Sequence record: NC_009705.1
Reading direction: 5' to 3' (one strand)
DNA: 64,000 nucleotides
Source: a plasmid
In this document: positions 28,955-39,352 of the stretch, piece after piece
How positions within the stretch are numbered: position 1 is the first letter of the stretch
Layout: each line of letters starts with the position of its first letter
The notes under the pieces: model-generated
The model's database searches: none
What the model was told of the DNA's origin: nothing
The model's input: the letters and a program-made list of their open reading frames with translations, nothing else
Position numbers and translations under genes: made by a program

Positions 28955-30001
28955 CTAGTTTGACTTGGGAATATACTTAACAAGCTTCATCATTCCACGC
29001 GCATTCGCGAATTCTGGGTGTTCTGGGATGATGATACTTTTGTAGTGATCTCGCAGGTAGTCCTCAAAAACAATTGAACCGCCACCGACAAAGATTAATT
29101 TCTCGATATCTTCATCTGTACCGATAACTTCATTTATAGCCATAATGATCTGGTCAAACAAACGAGTTTTTTCAGTATTAACTATATCGCTAACATCAAT
29201 GGCTTGACGGCTAATCATAATTTTCCCTGTATTCAGGGCGCTTTCAATTTGGCGTTTCGTTATGCTACTACTGTTTATACCAAATTTTGCTGCAACCGCA
29301 GTTTTTATCCCATCATACAAATTTAAAACACCAACTTCACTTGAACCGGAACGGGTCATGTTAATGACCATCTTAGGCAACAATACTGCGCAATCCGTAG
29401 TATGGCCACCAATATCAACGACCCCTACTACACTGTTATACATTTCTTCGTATTGTTCAGTTGTATTACCATCGGCATCAAGCAGTTGATCCACATATGC
29501 CGCAACACCTTCAGAACAAACTTCATTAGCAATGATATTTGCAACTGGCAAACTTCCATCAATGCCGCAGCGCACGGGATGCATTAAGTTAGCTTTCTTT
29601 TGTTCGACTAAAGTCTGATTGATCTCTGTGCTAGGTTTGTAGTAATGACTAACTGGTAAGCCAGTATTGATATGTACATCCTTTCCAGCATAACCAGCAT
29701 TAATTAATGCGGCATGAACTAGCACACGATTTAGGTCTGAAACTGGATAGGGAATAGCAATATTTCGAGTGTCGAGTGGAGAAGGAACACTCTCATCTAC
29801 AGTGAATTTTTTATTATTATGCGTTTCGAAAATAAATGATTTATCGTTGCCTTCGATATTGATGATTGAAACATCATATGAAGCACGAGATGGGATACTA
29901 AACATCCCCCCTGCTTCAGTCACGATTTTTATTGAGAAATAGCCATCATCCACACCCAGAAATGATTTTTTGTTTTTTACAGATTCTGAAGCTGCTTTCA
30001 T
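28955..30001 (-). CDS. Actin-like ATPase (ParM/StbA family) plasmid segregation protein
   Basis: LGVDDGYFSIK (phosphate 1), DIGGHTTD (phosphate 2) and FVGGGS (adenosine) motifs. Confidence 0.55.
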   Translation of the reverse strand: MKAASESVKNKKSFLGVDDGYFSIKIVTEAGGMFSIPSRASYDVSIINIEGNDKSFIFETHNNKKFTVDESVPSPLDTRNIAIPYPVSDLNRVLVHAALINAGYAGKDVHINTGLPVSHYYKPSTEINQTLVEQKKANLMHPVRCGIDGSLPVANIIANEVCSEGVAAYVDQLLDADGNTTEQYEEMYNSVVGVVDIGGHTTDCAVLLPKMVINMTRSGSSEVGVLNLYDGIKTAVAAKFGINSSSITKRQIESALNTGKIMISRQAIDVSDIVNTEKTRLFDQIIMAINEVIGTDEDIEKLIFVGGGSIVFEDYLRDHYKSIIIPEHPEFANARGMMKLVKYIPKSN

Positions 30002-30030
30002 GCTTTTTTACCTTACCTGTTAACGTTAAA

Positions 30031-30306
30031 CTACTGGTTTAACTCTCTCACGCCACTCTTAGTTGATTTCAATCGACCTGTCAGAAAAATGTTTATCGAC
30101 CGAAAAAAACTCCCCAGCGTCAGTTTTTTATAACACTCTATATACACAAGGAATGCAGTTACCCCAATTGCAATTCCTAGAACCCAAAGGCTAGTTATAA
30201 AGAAAAACCAAACTAACCACGGGATAAATGCAACAGCACTGATTTTGAAAAATTGAGCCGAAGGCGCACATTTGCTCCAGTGAGCACGGCCAGACTCTCT
30301 ACTCAT
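30031..30306 (-). CDS. Small membrane protein (91 aa)
   Basis: Two TM helices. Confidence 0.35.
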   Translation of the reverse strand: MSRESGRAHWSKCAPSAQFFKISAVAFIPWLVWFFFITSLWVLGIAIGVTAFLVYIECYKKLTLGSFFRSINIFLTGRLKSTKSGVRELNQ

Positions 30307-30309
30307 ATA

Positions 30310-30480
30310 CTCTCCTCACTCCATGACATTATCTACATAATACACAACAAACCACCGCACAACCACTACTAAACACCAATCGATCAAAAAGAACCACTGA
30401 ATGAACACACAAACACACTACACAACCAAATTTAATACACGAAAGAACCACACAAAAACCACACATTACTTCAAAATTAC
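30310..30480. repeat. Strand-asymmetric C+A-rich low-complexity tract with repeated AACCAC(A) motifs
   Basis: Top strand is almost G-free over about 170 bp. The motif recurs at least 5 times. Confidence 0.7.
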
Positions 30481-30599
30481 TTTTTTCTTATTAAGAATCA
30501 GTATGTTATGAATTTTAGTTCAACGTTCTATTTCAAAAAATTTCTGGACGTATATTCACACCAAGTGCTACTTTGAAAGTTCATATGCTTACACAGAAA

Positions 30600-31075
30600 T
30601 CAGATTTCTTGCTGCTTGCTTGCTGCTAGATTTAACTGCCTCCGCATCATCTTGCTGCTATCTTGCAGTTAGCTTACTGCAACAATGCATATTCTTTGCG
30701 TTATCTTGCTGCAAGCTCTCTGTTACCTTCAATAATTCTTGCCGCTATCTTGCCGCTAGCTCTCTGCTAATTATAGTTCTTCATGCAGCTATCTTGCTGC
30801 AAGCTCTCTAGTAACTTCAAACATTCTTGCACTATTTGCTTAAATTCTTGTAGCTATCTAGCTGCTAGCTATCTGCTATCCTACAACACTCTTGCCGCTA
30901 TCTTGCTGCAATCATATGTACTCAACTGTTTTATCATGATTTCCGAATGGAGAACAAAGCAACCACAACTACTACGCTATAAAAAAGGGGTACACAATTT
31001 ATGAGTTATTTTACCGCAAGAAGCGACAACCTTAGCTGCAATCTAGCTGCTATCTACTAGTTTGCAGTAAGATTG
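30600..31075. repeat. Iteron array (more than 12 copies of CT(T/A)GCTGC(A/T)A-type repeats, both orientations) downstream of parG-like gene
   Basis: Copies such as cttgctgctatcttgcag, cttgctgcaagctctct and ctagctgcaatctagctgc read directly. Confidence 0.75.
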
Positions 31076-31078
31076 CAG

Positions 31079-31378
31079 CTATCTATTATTTGCCTTTTTA
31101 TATGCTTCTAACATTTCCTCGAGTAATTCTACTAACTTCAAATTTTTCTCTTCGGCAATATCCCGTAATTCAGCATCAAATTCAGGGCTGACACGTGTGG
31201 CAAATGCCAGTGTTCGATTCGTTTTACGAGCGCTACGTCCATCTCTTCTTATATAAGTAGGTTGTTCTTCTATATGAGGTGCAGGAGCCAGTTCTGGGGC
31301 ATCTAAACCAGTTGCAACTTCTTCAAGAGGTGGCGGGGTTCCTAACTTACCTTTTTTTAATCTGCTTACATCTGCCAT
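31079..31378 (-). CDS. ParG-like ribbon-helix-helix centromere-binding protein
   Basis: 99 aa with a flexible N-terminus and C-terminal RHH-like NRTLAFATRVSPEFDAELRDIAEEKNL, immediately downstream of the parA-like gene. Confidence 0.45.
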   Translation of the reverse strand: MADVSRLKKGKLGTPPPLEEVATGLDAPELAPAPHIEEQPTYIRRDGRSARKTNRTLAFATRVSPEFDAELRDIAEEKNLKLVELLEEMLEAYKKANNR

Positions 31379-31383
31379 AGTAA

Positions 31384-32013
31384 TTAGCCTCCAACCTTGT
31401 TTATCAATGCCTGAATCAACTCATCTGCTCTGGTATTAAGTCCTTTGTAGCGAGTTTCGGTAACAGCAAGCCCCCCATTTTGCGCCTGACGATAAGCAGG
31501 ACGCTCAACAAGACAGCCTGCAAGAACTTCATAGCCAGCTTCATTGATGTATTCTCGCGCATCAACTTCTTCTGCTTCAGTACCTATTCTGCTCAAAGAA
31601 AACACCAGTTTCGACTTAGGAATTCCTTCTTTAACCAAACCGTGGAAAACTTTAATTGCTGGAATCAGATCATCCAAAGATGCACCTGTTGGCTGAACTA
31701 CCAGATCTGCCACACGTGCAATCTCAGTTGTACCTTTACTTGCTCTCGCAGGGCCATCTATGATCAATAAGTCATAATCAGCAGCCGCAGACAATGCTTG
31801 TGAGGCGGTAGAAAACACTTCTATGGAAGCCGCAGGGGGTAAGCCAGCATTCAATCGCCGACGATGCCAATCAGCAGTAGTTGCTTGCTCCGTATCAAGA
31901 TCCCCTACTTTGGTCTTTAACCCACCATTCGTAGCCGCAACTGCCAAAGCTCTTGCTTTGGTACTCTTACCCACACCGCCTTTTTGTGAAACAAAAGCCA
32001 CTATCCACGCCAT
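31384..32013 (-). CDS. parA: ParA/ParF-family small Walker-type partition ATPase
   Basis: Deviant Walker A KGGVGKST and Walker B LLIIDGP, 209 aa. Confidence 0.8.
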   Translation of the reverse strand: MAWIVAFVSQKGGVGKSTKARALAVAATNGGLKTKVGDLDTEQATTADWHRRRLNAGLPPAASIEVFSTASQALSAAADYDLLIIDGPARASKGTTEIARVADLVVQPTGASLDDLIPAIKVFHGLVKEGIPKSKLVFSLSRIGTEAEEVDAREYINEAGYEVLAGCLVERPAYRQAQNGGLAVTETRYKGLNTRADELIQALINKVGG

Positions 32014-32019
32014 TTATGC

Positions 32020-32560
32020 CCCTTAATCATGCAGCAAGATAGCTGCATGATTGAATTTGAGTAAAAATTAATTGCAGCTAGATTGCCGAAACCTAGCTGC
32101 AAGATAATTAAAGCATAGATTAATGAGAAGTACAATATAGCAGCAACATGGCAGCAATCTAGCTGCAAGATTGCATTTGTTATTCTAGCTGCAATCTAGC
32201 AGCATGTTTTTGATACATAAAATTGGTCAGTTATTGCCATAATGTTATCTAGCATCAATCGAGTAGAAAGGCTGTTAAAGCATAAATTGATGATAGCTAT
32301 AATCATGCGACTATCTTGCTGCAATCTAGCAGGCAGACTGTTAGAGAGTGAATCGAAGACAGCTACAAACATGCGGCTATCTTGCGGCTATCTTGCTGCA
32401 ATCTAGCAGACAGACTATTAGAGAGTGAATCGAGGATAGCTACAAACATGCTGCTATCTTGCTGCAATCTAGCAGACAAACTGTTAGAGGGTGAATCGAG
32501 GATAGCGGCAATCATGCTGCTATCTTGCTGCAATCTAATAAATACTTAGATTTAATCTTA
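32020..32560. repeat. Iteron array upstream of parA-like gene including three ~62-bp tandem units (32310-32530) with core TATCTTGCTGCAATCTAGCAG
   Basis: Tandem units and dispersed copies read directly. Likely parS/operator. Confidence 0.75.
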
Positions 32561-32638
32561 GGGACGCATTCACATAAACTATGTGAATAATCTATGGCCA
32601 ACTACACCGTGGCACGGAACTGCATCAAGGACAGATGA

Positions 32639-33802
32639 TTACATCATGCTAAGGCGCTTAGCCACATGTCCATCGATGATCCCATCACTGTGTAACCTTT
32701 CAGCTTCAAGAGAGAAGGGATGTCCAAACTCATCAACCAGCCTACGAACTTCAGAAGCAACTTTGCCCATATCCGAAAGTGACAGTAACTGCTCACGGAT
32801 ATCAGTCGTGAAATTGAGATACTCTCTTGCTGCGACAAGATTGCCATCTGTCTTGCGCACCAGTGTTTGAGCCATTATGAATCGAGTTGTTTCAACAAGG
32901 TCATAAATAGCAGCGCCACGAACCGACTCGTCAAATCTTGAGATGAGCCGTCGCATTACCGCCGAACAGTTTTGTGAGTGAACAGTAGCAAAAACAGGAT
33001 GTCCAGTATTAGCAGCTTCAAAGGCAGACTCAATACTTTGCTTATCGCGTAACTCTCCAATCATGATTAAGTTTGGAGTACGACGTAATGCCTCTTGGTT
33101 TGCAATAGCAAAACTACTGAACTGCTCAGGGATTTGGCTTTGAGCAATGATCGAATGAGCACTTTTAATATTGTCATAGACAAACTCAATAGGATCTTCG
33201 TGCGTCAACAAATGCCCCTTGATCGGCGTATCATTCTCCATAATGTAACGGATGATTGAAGAGAATGTCGTCGATTTACCAGAAGAGGTTTTACCCGCAA
33301 CCATAACGATGCCATTGTCTGGACACATTTGATTAACCAACTCAGGAGATAGACCAATATCAGCAAGGGGGAGGGGGTCTAAAGGTATCGACCGCATAAC
33401 AATCTCGGCTGTGGTTTTACCCTGAATGTATACAGGGGATATATTGACACGATATCCAAACCGTTGCTTCTGGCCACCCGTAGTGAGTTTTGTTGGATGA
33501 AAAACCTCATATCGAGTGTTAATCAATTTTTTACTAGCCAGTTCTGTCAAAACACTACTACTGCCACTGGCCCATAGTGCTATTCGCTCAATTTCATTAA
33601 AATTTAATGTTCGCGTGCTAAGCGTACACAAAGTACCTTTAACTTTTGCAGAGATTGCTACACCTTGTTTAATGATGATATCACTGGCTTCATGTGCTAA
33701 AAATTCTAACACAGTATCCTTAAACTGAGCTTCGTGCTCAAAAGTGCTTGGATACCGGTATTCAGTTTTGAATTCGAGTATTGGAAGATGCAGTGGTTCC
33801 AT
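32639..33802 (-). CDS. PilT/VirB11-family secretion ATPase, DotB/TraJ-like
   Basis: Walker A GKTSSGKST, Asp box, His box TVHSQN. Gene order matches dotD-dotC-dotB. Confidence 0.65.
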   Translation of the reverse strand: MEPLHLPILEFKTEYRYPSTFEHEAQFKDTVLEFLAHEASDIIIKQGVAISAKVKGTLCTLSTRTLNFNEIERIALWASGSSSVLTELASKKLINTRYEVFHPTKLTTGGQKQRFGYRVNISPVYIQGKTTAEIVMRSIPLDPLPLADIGLSPELVNQMCPDNGIVMVAGKTSSGKSTTFSSIIRYIMENDTPIKGHLLTHEDPIEFVYDNIKSAHSIIAQSQIPEQFSSFAIANQEALRRTPNLIMIGELRDKQSIESAFEAANTGHPVFATVHSQNCSAVMRRLISRFDESVRGAAIYDLVETTRFIMAQTLVRKTDGNLVAAREYLNFTTDIREQLLSLSDMGKVASEVRRLVDEFGHPFSLEAERLHSDGIIDGHVAKRLSMM

Positions 33803-34650
33803 TACATATCCTTATTAAGGGTACTACGTATCGTAGCTGCATTTTTGTATTTAAGTGGCTGAGATGAAACCGTTGATTTCCAAGTTGATATTTTGCTATT
33901 AAATTCTGGCAAAGAGGTTATCCGTAACAAAGTCTCATCTACGGACATAGCATTGACATCAAGGTTAACGGGAAGATCAGCCGATGCAATAACAGGCATC
34001 GTGATTTTTCCTTCCAAAACAAATTTATGAAATAAAATCATCCCAGATAAATCACGATTCATACGATCCATATTCTGCTTTAAAATTAAATTTGCCTGTT
34101 CAACACCTTGCTTCCAACCATCATCAACAGCCATGCTCCAAATCCTCTTTTCTTCAGAGTTTTTTGGCATCAGAGCAGTATTAAGAAATGAAGCATTAAA
34201 ACCGGAGTCTGGAAAGTTTAAGTAGTCACGCCAACTAGGGGCAACTGATGAAAATTTAGCTTGAGCCACAATTTTGTAAAACGCGCCTGATAAACGTAAT
34301 GAGAAATCTCCATCTTGATTATAGAGATCACGAGCCTCTGATATAACAGGGGGTACAACACGATCTTGTATCATCAGATGACTAAAGTCATAAACAGTAT
34401 CCAAATCTCTTTCATGCTTCTTAATTGAATTATTAATATTATTCAATTGATGTGCAAGGCCAGCCTTAACACCTAAACTCAAAGCAACGTCGAAAATAGC
34501 TTGAGTCCTTGCAGAAGCAGCTTGATTCTTTTTTGATTTGATATCATCAACTAATGATTGTGAATCTGAATCCGCTTGTGTTCTAGCTACTGATTTATCA
34601 TCAAAAATATTCTGAACTTGCTGCAATGACATAGGAGGCAAGTCTGACAT
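33802..34650 (-). CDS. DotC/TraI-like T4BSS protein (by position)
   Basis: 282 aa ORF between DotD-like lipoprotein and DotB-like ATPase genes. Confidence 0.35.
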   Translation of the reverse strand: MSDLPPMSLQQVQNIFDDKSVARTQADSDSQSLVDDIKSKKNQAASARTQAIFDVALSLGVKAGLAHQLNNINNSIKKHERDLDTVYDFSHLMIQDRVVPPVISEARDLYNQDGDFSLRLSGAFYKIVAQAKFSSVAPSWRDYLNFPDSGFNASFLNTALMPKNSEEKRIWSMAVDDGWKQGVEQANLILKQNMDRMNRDLSGMILFHKFVLEGKITMPVIASADLPVNLDVNAMSVDETLLRITSLPEFNSKISTWKSTVSSQPLKYKNAATIRSTLNKDM

Positions 34651-34664
34651 AAAAACCTCTGGGC

Positions 34665-35120
34665 TTATTTATAACTCAGTCTAATAGTTTTTTGCTTCTG
34701 GTCTAATGTAACATCAGCACCTTTATCAATCTGATAACCGATATTCCGTAAAACCTCTTGCGGTGACATATTTTTGACTTTTATATTAATATTTTTAAGT
34801 GTCCTCCTTTTCCCAATTTCAATGTATCTATAGCCATATCTATACGCAAATGTTTGTAATAACTCTTGCGGGACTCCGATATAATCAATATCCACATAAT
34901 CAGAACCAAGTGAAGCCTGTTTCCTGCCTAATACCGCCTTATCATTATTAAGAAGAGCGGTATAATCTCGTTGAGCATTAGCTGCTATAGCCACTTTATC
35001 CGCTATCATTCTATCTGCAAAATCTGATGTCTCAGAAGTATTTTTTAAAACAGCCGGAGCACAACCTGATAAAATTAATGTAGTAAGTAGTGATAATGGA
35101 ATCGCAAGTTTTTTACTCAT
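34665..35120 (-). CDS. Lipoprotein, DotD/TraH-like (by lipobox and position)
   Basis: LILSGC lipobox. 151 aa is the typical DotD size. Confidence 0.4.
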   Translation of the reverse strand: MSKKLAIPLSLLTTLILSGCAPAVLKNTSETSDFADRMIADKVAIAANAQRDYTALLNNDKAVLGRKQASLGSDYVDIDYIGVPQELLQTFAYRYGYRYIEIGKRRTLKNINIKVKNMSPQEVLRNIGYQIDKGADVTLDQKQKTIRLSYK

Positions 35121-35511
35121 AAAAAAACCTTATACTCAGATGAGTTTTTTATTTTAAATCATTACTTGAAATATACCAAATGGTTAATGCCAGTTATTTT
35201 ATAAATGTTGGCATACATTAGTAAATTAATTTTTCCGAACTGACTTCACGTTAAAGTGAAAAACTTAATTATTTATTTTTTTTGCATATAGAAATAAAAT
35301 TTGTTTTTTATAAATGAAAATTAATAACTTTATTAAACCATAGAAACACACTAATAGAACATTAACATACATTGTTCGGCATTAGATAGACGACATGCAA
35401 ACACGCGAAGGCGGCACTAAACCACCAATGAACCACACAACAATCACCAATAACTAATAATACGGGTAAGCTAGAGTTTACATTAATTTAAATTGATGCC
35501 ATTTTGCACTA

Positions 35512-35672
35512 ACCACTGGTCACAAATAAACACTGGGCGTTACTCCGCAGTTACACAGTGCGGTTGAAACGTTAACTTCGATAGAAGATAACAATAGTTT
35601 CAACCGCACTGTGTAACGTAATGATGGAAACAAACACTAACAACAAAAAGGAGTAACGCCCAATGTGACCAA
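35512..35672. repeat. Large nested inverted repeat: 22-bp inner arms gcagttacacagtgcggttgaaac / gtttcaaccgcactgtgtaacg, outer arms cactgggcgttactcc / ggagtaacgcccaatgtg
   Basis: Arms read directly. Lies between the dotD-like operon and the recombinase gene. Confidence 0.8.
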
Positions 35673-35945
35673 GAAAAATTAAATTGTGACCACGCAAAAT
35701 GACCTTAATTGGCATCAAAAAGAAAAAGAGTGAGAACACACTATAATTGCTTTAATATGACAGCACACCTGTAGTGACAGCACATCTGTAATGGCAGCAT
35801 ACCTGCAATGTCGGCATATTCGAGAGAAATAATTAATTTTTAAGTGGACTCAAACAGTAGACTTTAAAAAAGTCACCATTCGAAAAATTAATTGTATGCA
35901 TGTGAAAAGCCTTAAAATGAAGTCGATTCAGTTATCGAGGGTTGA

Positions 35946-37076
35946 ATGGAAACTAAATATAAAATTGTCGCCAAAAATCAAAATCTAATCGAACGAATTG
36001 CTTTAGATGAGCATTTAAGCGTGGTAACAAAAGAGTGTTACATGAGAAACGTAAACAGAATGCTTAAGCAGTTAAGACGCACAGAGTTAAATCCAACACC
36101 CGAAGCCTTGTGCAATTATTTTAGCCAACGAATAGAAGAAAATACAATTGCCCAAGCAACTGCTCGGCTTTATAAATCATCCATTATATATTACCTCTCA
36201 ACTCTAGCTAGTAAGCGTGTAGATACAGGTGGAGGAATTGATGACTTAAACAATTTATACAGTTTTTTAGGGCGAGTGAAAACATCAAGACTTCCATTGA
36301 GGACAGACAAAACATCAAGCCCTAAGATGAAACGATTTTCAAATGAGATCATTGGACAACTTGAACACCTTGCGATGGTCAATAATAAGTTTAAAAACCT
36401 ACCTTTTGTGATCTCATTTATAAAAGCAAATTTAATTACAGGCTTAAGACCTATTGAATGGATGGGGACATCGTTTTATAACTACATTCATAAAGATACA
36501 AATAACTGTTTCATCAGAGTCGCTGCTGACAATAAGATATCTAGTTCACCTGCGTTATGTGTTAGAAATGCGAAAACAACTCATGGGCGAGGAAATGGAG
36601 AATATAGAGATATAATATTCAAAGACATTGATATAAAGTCTTTATCTCACATTGTACATTTCAAAGACTTAATTGATCGCGCTCTACATAACAATCACTC
36701 ACCTGATAAAAGAAAAGTCGCTGAGCGACTATTTCATCAAGCTCAAGAGACCTTACGTAAAGCATTAAAGAAAATTGGTTATGGCGATGATGATAAAATA
36801 CCCTCTCTATACAGTACTCGACATCAATGCGTGGCTGATGCGAAAAAGTCCGGCTTAAACCAAACAGAAATAGCCGCATTATTTGGACACTGGAGCACTG
36901 ACACTGCCAAAATTCACTATGGTAAAAAAATACATGGCAACAACAAATTAAAAATAGCACCATCAATTGAATCGGTTAACGCCGTTAAAATTAACAAATC
37001 AAAAAACACATTAGATAACAAATTATCTCCTTCAGCCAGCCATATTGATTTAGCGAAGGACTGGATAAAGAACTAA
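35946..37076 (+). CDS. Tyrosine recombinase (phage integrase family)
   Basis: C-terminal RHQCVADA...LFGHWSTDTAKIHYG (R, H, LGH-like, Y). Confidence 0.55.
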   Translation: METKYKIVAKNQNLIERIALDEHLSVVTKECYMRNVNRMLKQLRRTELNPTPEALCNYFSQRIEENTIAQATARLYKSSIIYYLSTLASKRVDTGGGIDDLNNLYSFLGRVKTSRLPLRTDKTSSPKMKRFSNEIIGQLEHLAMVNNKFKNLPFVISFIKANLITGLRPIEWMGTSFYNYIHKDTNNCFIRVAADNKISSSPALCVRNAKTTHGRGNGEYRDIIFKDIDIKSLSHIVHFKDLIDRALHNNHSPDKRKVAERLFHQAQETLRKALKKIGYGDDDKIPSLYSTRHQCVADAKKSGLNQTEIAALFGHWSTDTAKIHYGKKIHGNNKLKIAPSIESVNAVKINKSKNTLDNKLSPSASHIDLAKDWIKN

Positions 37077-37135
37077 AACTGAGGTAACCGACAAATATCT
37101 AAAACCTTAACTCTTTTGTTGCACCAAATAGATAT

Positions 37136-37444
37136 TTGATTAAAAATAGACAAAACAATTATACCCAAGAGTTTTCTATGCCACTAAATAGATCTCCTAA
37201 TTCTTCATGGGGAAACCCTACCAATGAAGTAAATGTTCGAACTTTATATAAATATAAAAACATCCTCGCTTTGCTTGAGATGATTGGTGAAAACATCTTT
37301 TATGCACTATTGATTGCTTTCATTTTTATGTTTATTTGGATGTACACAGAAACTAATTTTGAAAACATTATTTTTGACGATGGCACTTCTCACCTATGCA
37401 TTCTAGATGGTAAAACAGGAGTTATTACAAATGTCATCAGATAA
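37136..37444 (+). CDS. Small membrane protein (102 aa), first gene of plus-strand T4BSS operon
   Basis: One TM helix (YALLIAFIFMFIWMY). Confidence 0.35.
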   Translation: MIKNRQNNYTQEFSMPLNRSPNSSWGNPTNEVNVRTLYKYKNILALLEMIGENIFYALLIAFIFMFIWMYTETNFENIIFDDGTSHLCILDGKTGVITNVIR

Positions 37445-38225
37445 AGAGATAAAAGAAGAGGTATTGCCTAAAGAATTAGAAGAGAATACTGGGCACAACG
37501 ACCCCATATCTCATCAAGAAGCACTAGAACGCAAGCACGAGACGCTGGCATCCGATGTATCAGCCGATACCCCTTCAGCGGCTACATTACGGGAGGTCAA
37601 TAGGCTCCAGTTAGACAATATATTGCTAAAACGTAAGAACATACGAATCTGGGGTGCATCTGCCATTCTTGCAGCAGGTCTCATTGTCACTATCGGGATC
37701 ACCACTTTTTGGTTTCCCAAATTTAAATATATCCCCACAACAAACAACCAAGCCATATGCAGTGTTGAAGGAGCTAATGCTCCTTTAGTCACCACTGAAA
37801 CCATCATTGCTTACGCTCAGGAAGCCGTGTTGCATTCATATTCTTATGATTACGTGAACTACCGGACAAAACTAAATGAAGTCGCTAACAAATATTATAC
37901 CGACAACGGCCGCAGAGCTTTTTTCAACTCTCTGGATAAATCAAAAAATCTGGAAAAAGTTAAAGAAGGTCGCCTCATCCTCCGTTCTATGCCCGTACAA
38001 GTTGCACAATTAGAGGAAACCGGCCTTACCGCATTGAATCAGAAATACTGGATCGTACAAGCCCCTATATCAATAGAATTCTATTTAGGTGGTGAAACCA
38101 AACCACGAACTAAATCAGAATTTACTGCCGCCGTCACTGTTTTGCAAATCCCTGCAACTGCAATAAACCAAAAAGGCATTGCTATTGATTCTGTCAGCCT
38201 CGAACCGTACATACCGAGGAACTGA
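37431..38225 (+). CDS. DotI/IcmL/TraM-like bitopic T4BSS protein
   Basis: Single TM plus periplasmic domain. Start taken at internal MSSDKEIK; the track ORF starts at 37407. Confidence 0.4.
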   Translation: MSSDKEIKEEVLPKELEENTGHNDPISHQEALERKHETLASDVSADTPSAATLREVNRLQLDNILLKRKNIRIWGASAILAAGLIVTIGITTFWFPKFKYIPTTNNQAICSVEGANAPLVTTETIIAYAQEAVLHSYSYDYVNYRTKLNEVANKYYTDNGRRAFFNSLDKSKNLEKVKEGRLILRSMPVQVAQLEETGLTALNQKYWIVQAPISIEFYLGGETKPRTKSEFTAAVTVLQIPATAINQKGIAIDSVSLEPYIPRN

Positions 38226-38226
38226 A

Positions 38227-39312
38227 ATGAAATTCAGATATAAATTAATTACCCTAATAATACTCACAGCAACAACTGCCAATACCAGTGCTGCGCAGCA
38301 AAAACCAACAACGACAATAACACCCGCGCAGTCGGCAAATGTTGCCTCACAAAAAGGGGAACCTTCAACCGCACAAGCTCAGTCTGATAGCACTGACTCA
38401 AACAGTCATGTCGATGATAATTCAATTCAACCCAAAGATAGGCCACCAGAAAGCGGTTTAGGCTTGCAAGTTGCACCACCTCAAGTCGTATATCCGGCCT
38501 CTCAACAAATTGTCGAAGAGACCCTGACCGACCTTGAAAGCCTTCAGTTAACACCTGAACAGAGCAACAGGTTGAAAGAGATCAACTTAGAAAGGAGCAG
38601 ACAGAAATCGTCTCCTTATATATCACCTCCTAATCCTGTAACCAGAACATTGTTAGTCAACTTAAATGCAGGTGTAACCCCCCCGACTATACGGCTCGCA
38701 ACAGGTCAACTATCAACAATCGTCTTTTCGGACATGAATGGGCAAGCATGGAACATCAATCGTGTTTCTATTAACTGCGTTCAATTCAACAGTGCATTGG
38801 GATGTGAAAAAGAGAAGGGGACAGAACAAACCAACATCATCACCATCGAACCTAAACAGCCCACTGCTTATGGCAACATCACTGTCACATTGAATGGCTT
38901 ATCAACTCCGGTCATTTTCATTCTGACCAGTGGGCAAAAAGATGTCGATATGCGCGTTGATGCAAAACTGACTGGCCATAATCCTGACGCAGAGCAATCA
39001 ATATCCCTCACTGGCATGCCATCCATTGACAGCGAAATGACATCTTTCCTTGATGGTGTCCCACCGAAGAGTGCCAAAAGGTTAAAAGTGACAGGACTGG
39101 ATGACGTTGAAGCATGGGCATACAACGATGCCATGTACGTTCGCGCTAACGCAAATGCTCAGTATCCTGCCTACATTAGCGCCGGACGAAGCACTACAGG
39201 CATGTCTATATACAAATACGCTCAAACCTACAGCAACGTCACATTCACTACAGGCGGTAGAGCCGTAACAGTATCAATTGAAAACAGTGATACAGCTTCT
39301 TCAGATAAATAA
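38227..39312 (+). CDS. DotH/IcmK/TraN-like outer-membrane T4BSS protein
   Basis: Signal peptide MKFRYKLITLIILTATTANTSAA. Position within the Dot-like operon. Confidence 0.4.
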   Translation: MKFRYKLITLIILTATTANTSAAQQKPTTTITPAQSANVASQKGEPSTAQAQSDSTDSNSHVDDNSIQPKDRPPESGLGLQVAPPQVVYPASQQIVEETLTDLESLQLTPEQSNRLKEINLERSRQKSSPYISPPNPVTRTLLVNLNAGVTPPTIRLATGQLSTIVFSDMNGQAWNINRVSINCVQFNSALGCEKEKGTEQTNIITIEPKQPTAYGNITVTLNGLSTPVIFILTSGQKDVDMRVDAKLTGHNPDAEQSISLTGMPSIDSEMTSFLDGVPPKSAKRLKVTGLDDVEAWAYNDAMYVRANANAQYPAYISAGRSTTGMSIYKYAQTYSNVTFTTGGRAVTVSIENSDTASSDK

Positions 39313-39352
39313 ACATATATATAGATAAATAAATAAATAAATAATTTAATTA

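Noticed and set aside
35946-37076. Shufflon recombinase Rci assignment for the tyrosine recombinase
   Set aside because: No pilV or shufflon 19-bp repeats nearby, and no obvious similarity beyond generic R-H-R-Y. Kept as a generic tyrosine recombinase.
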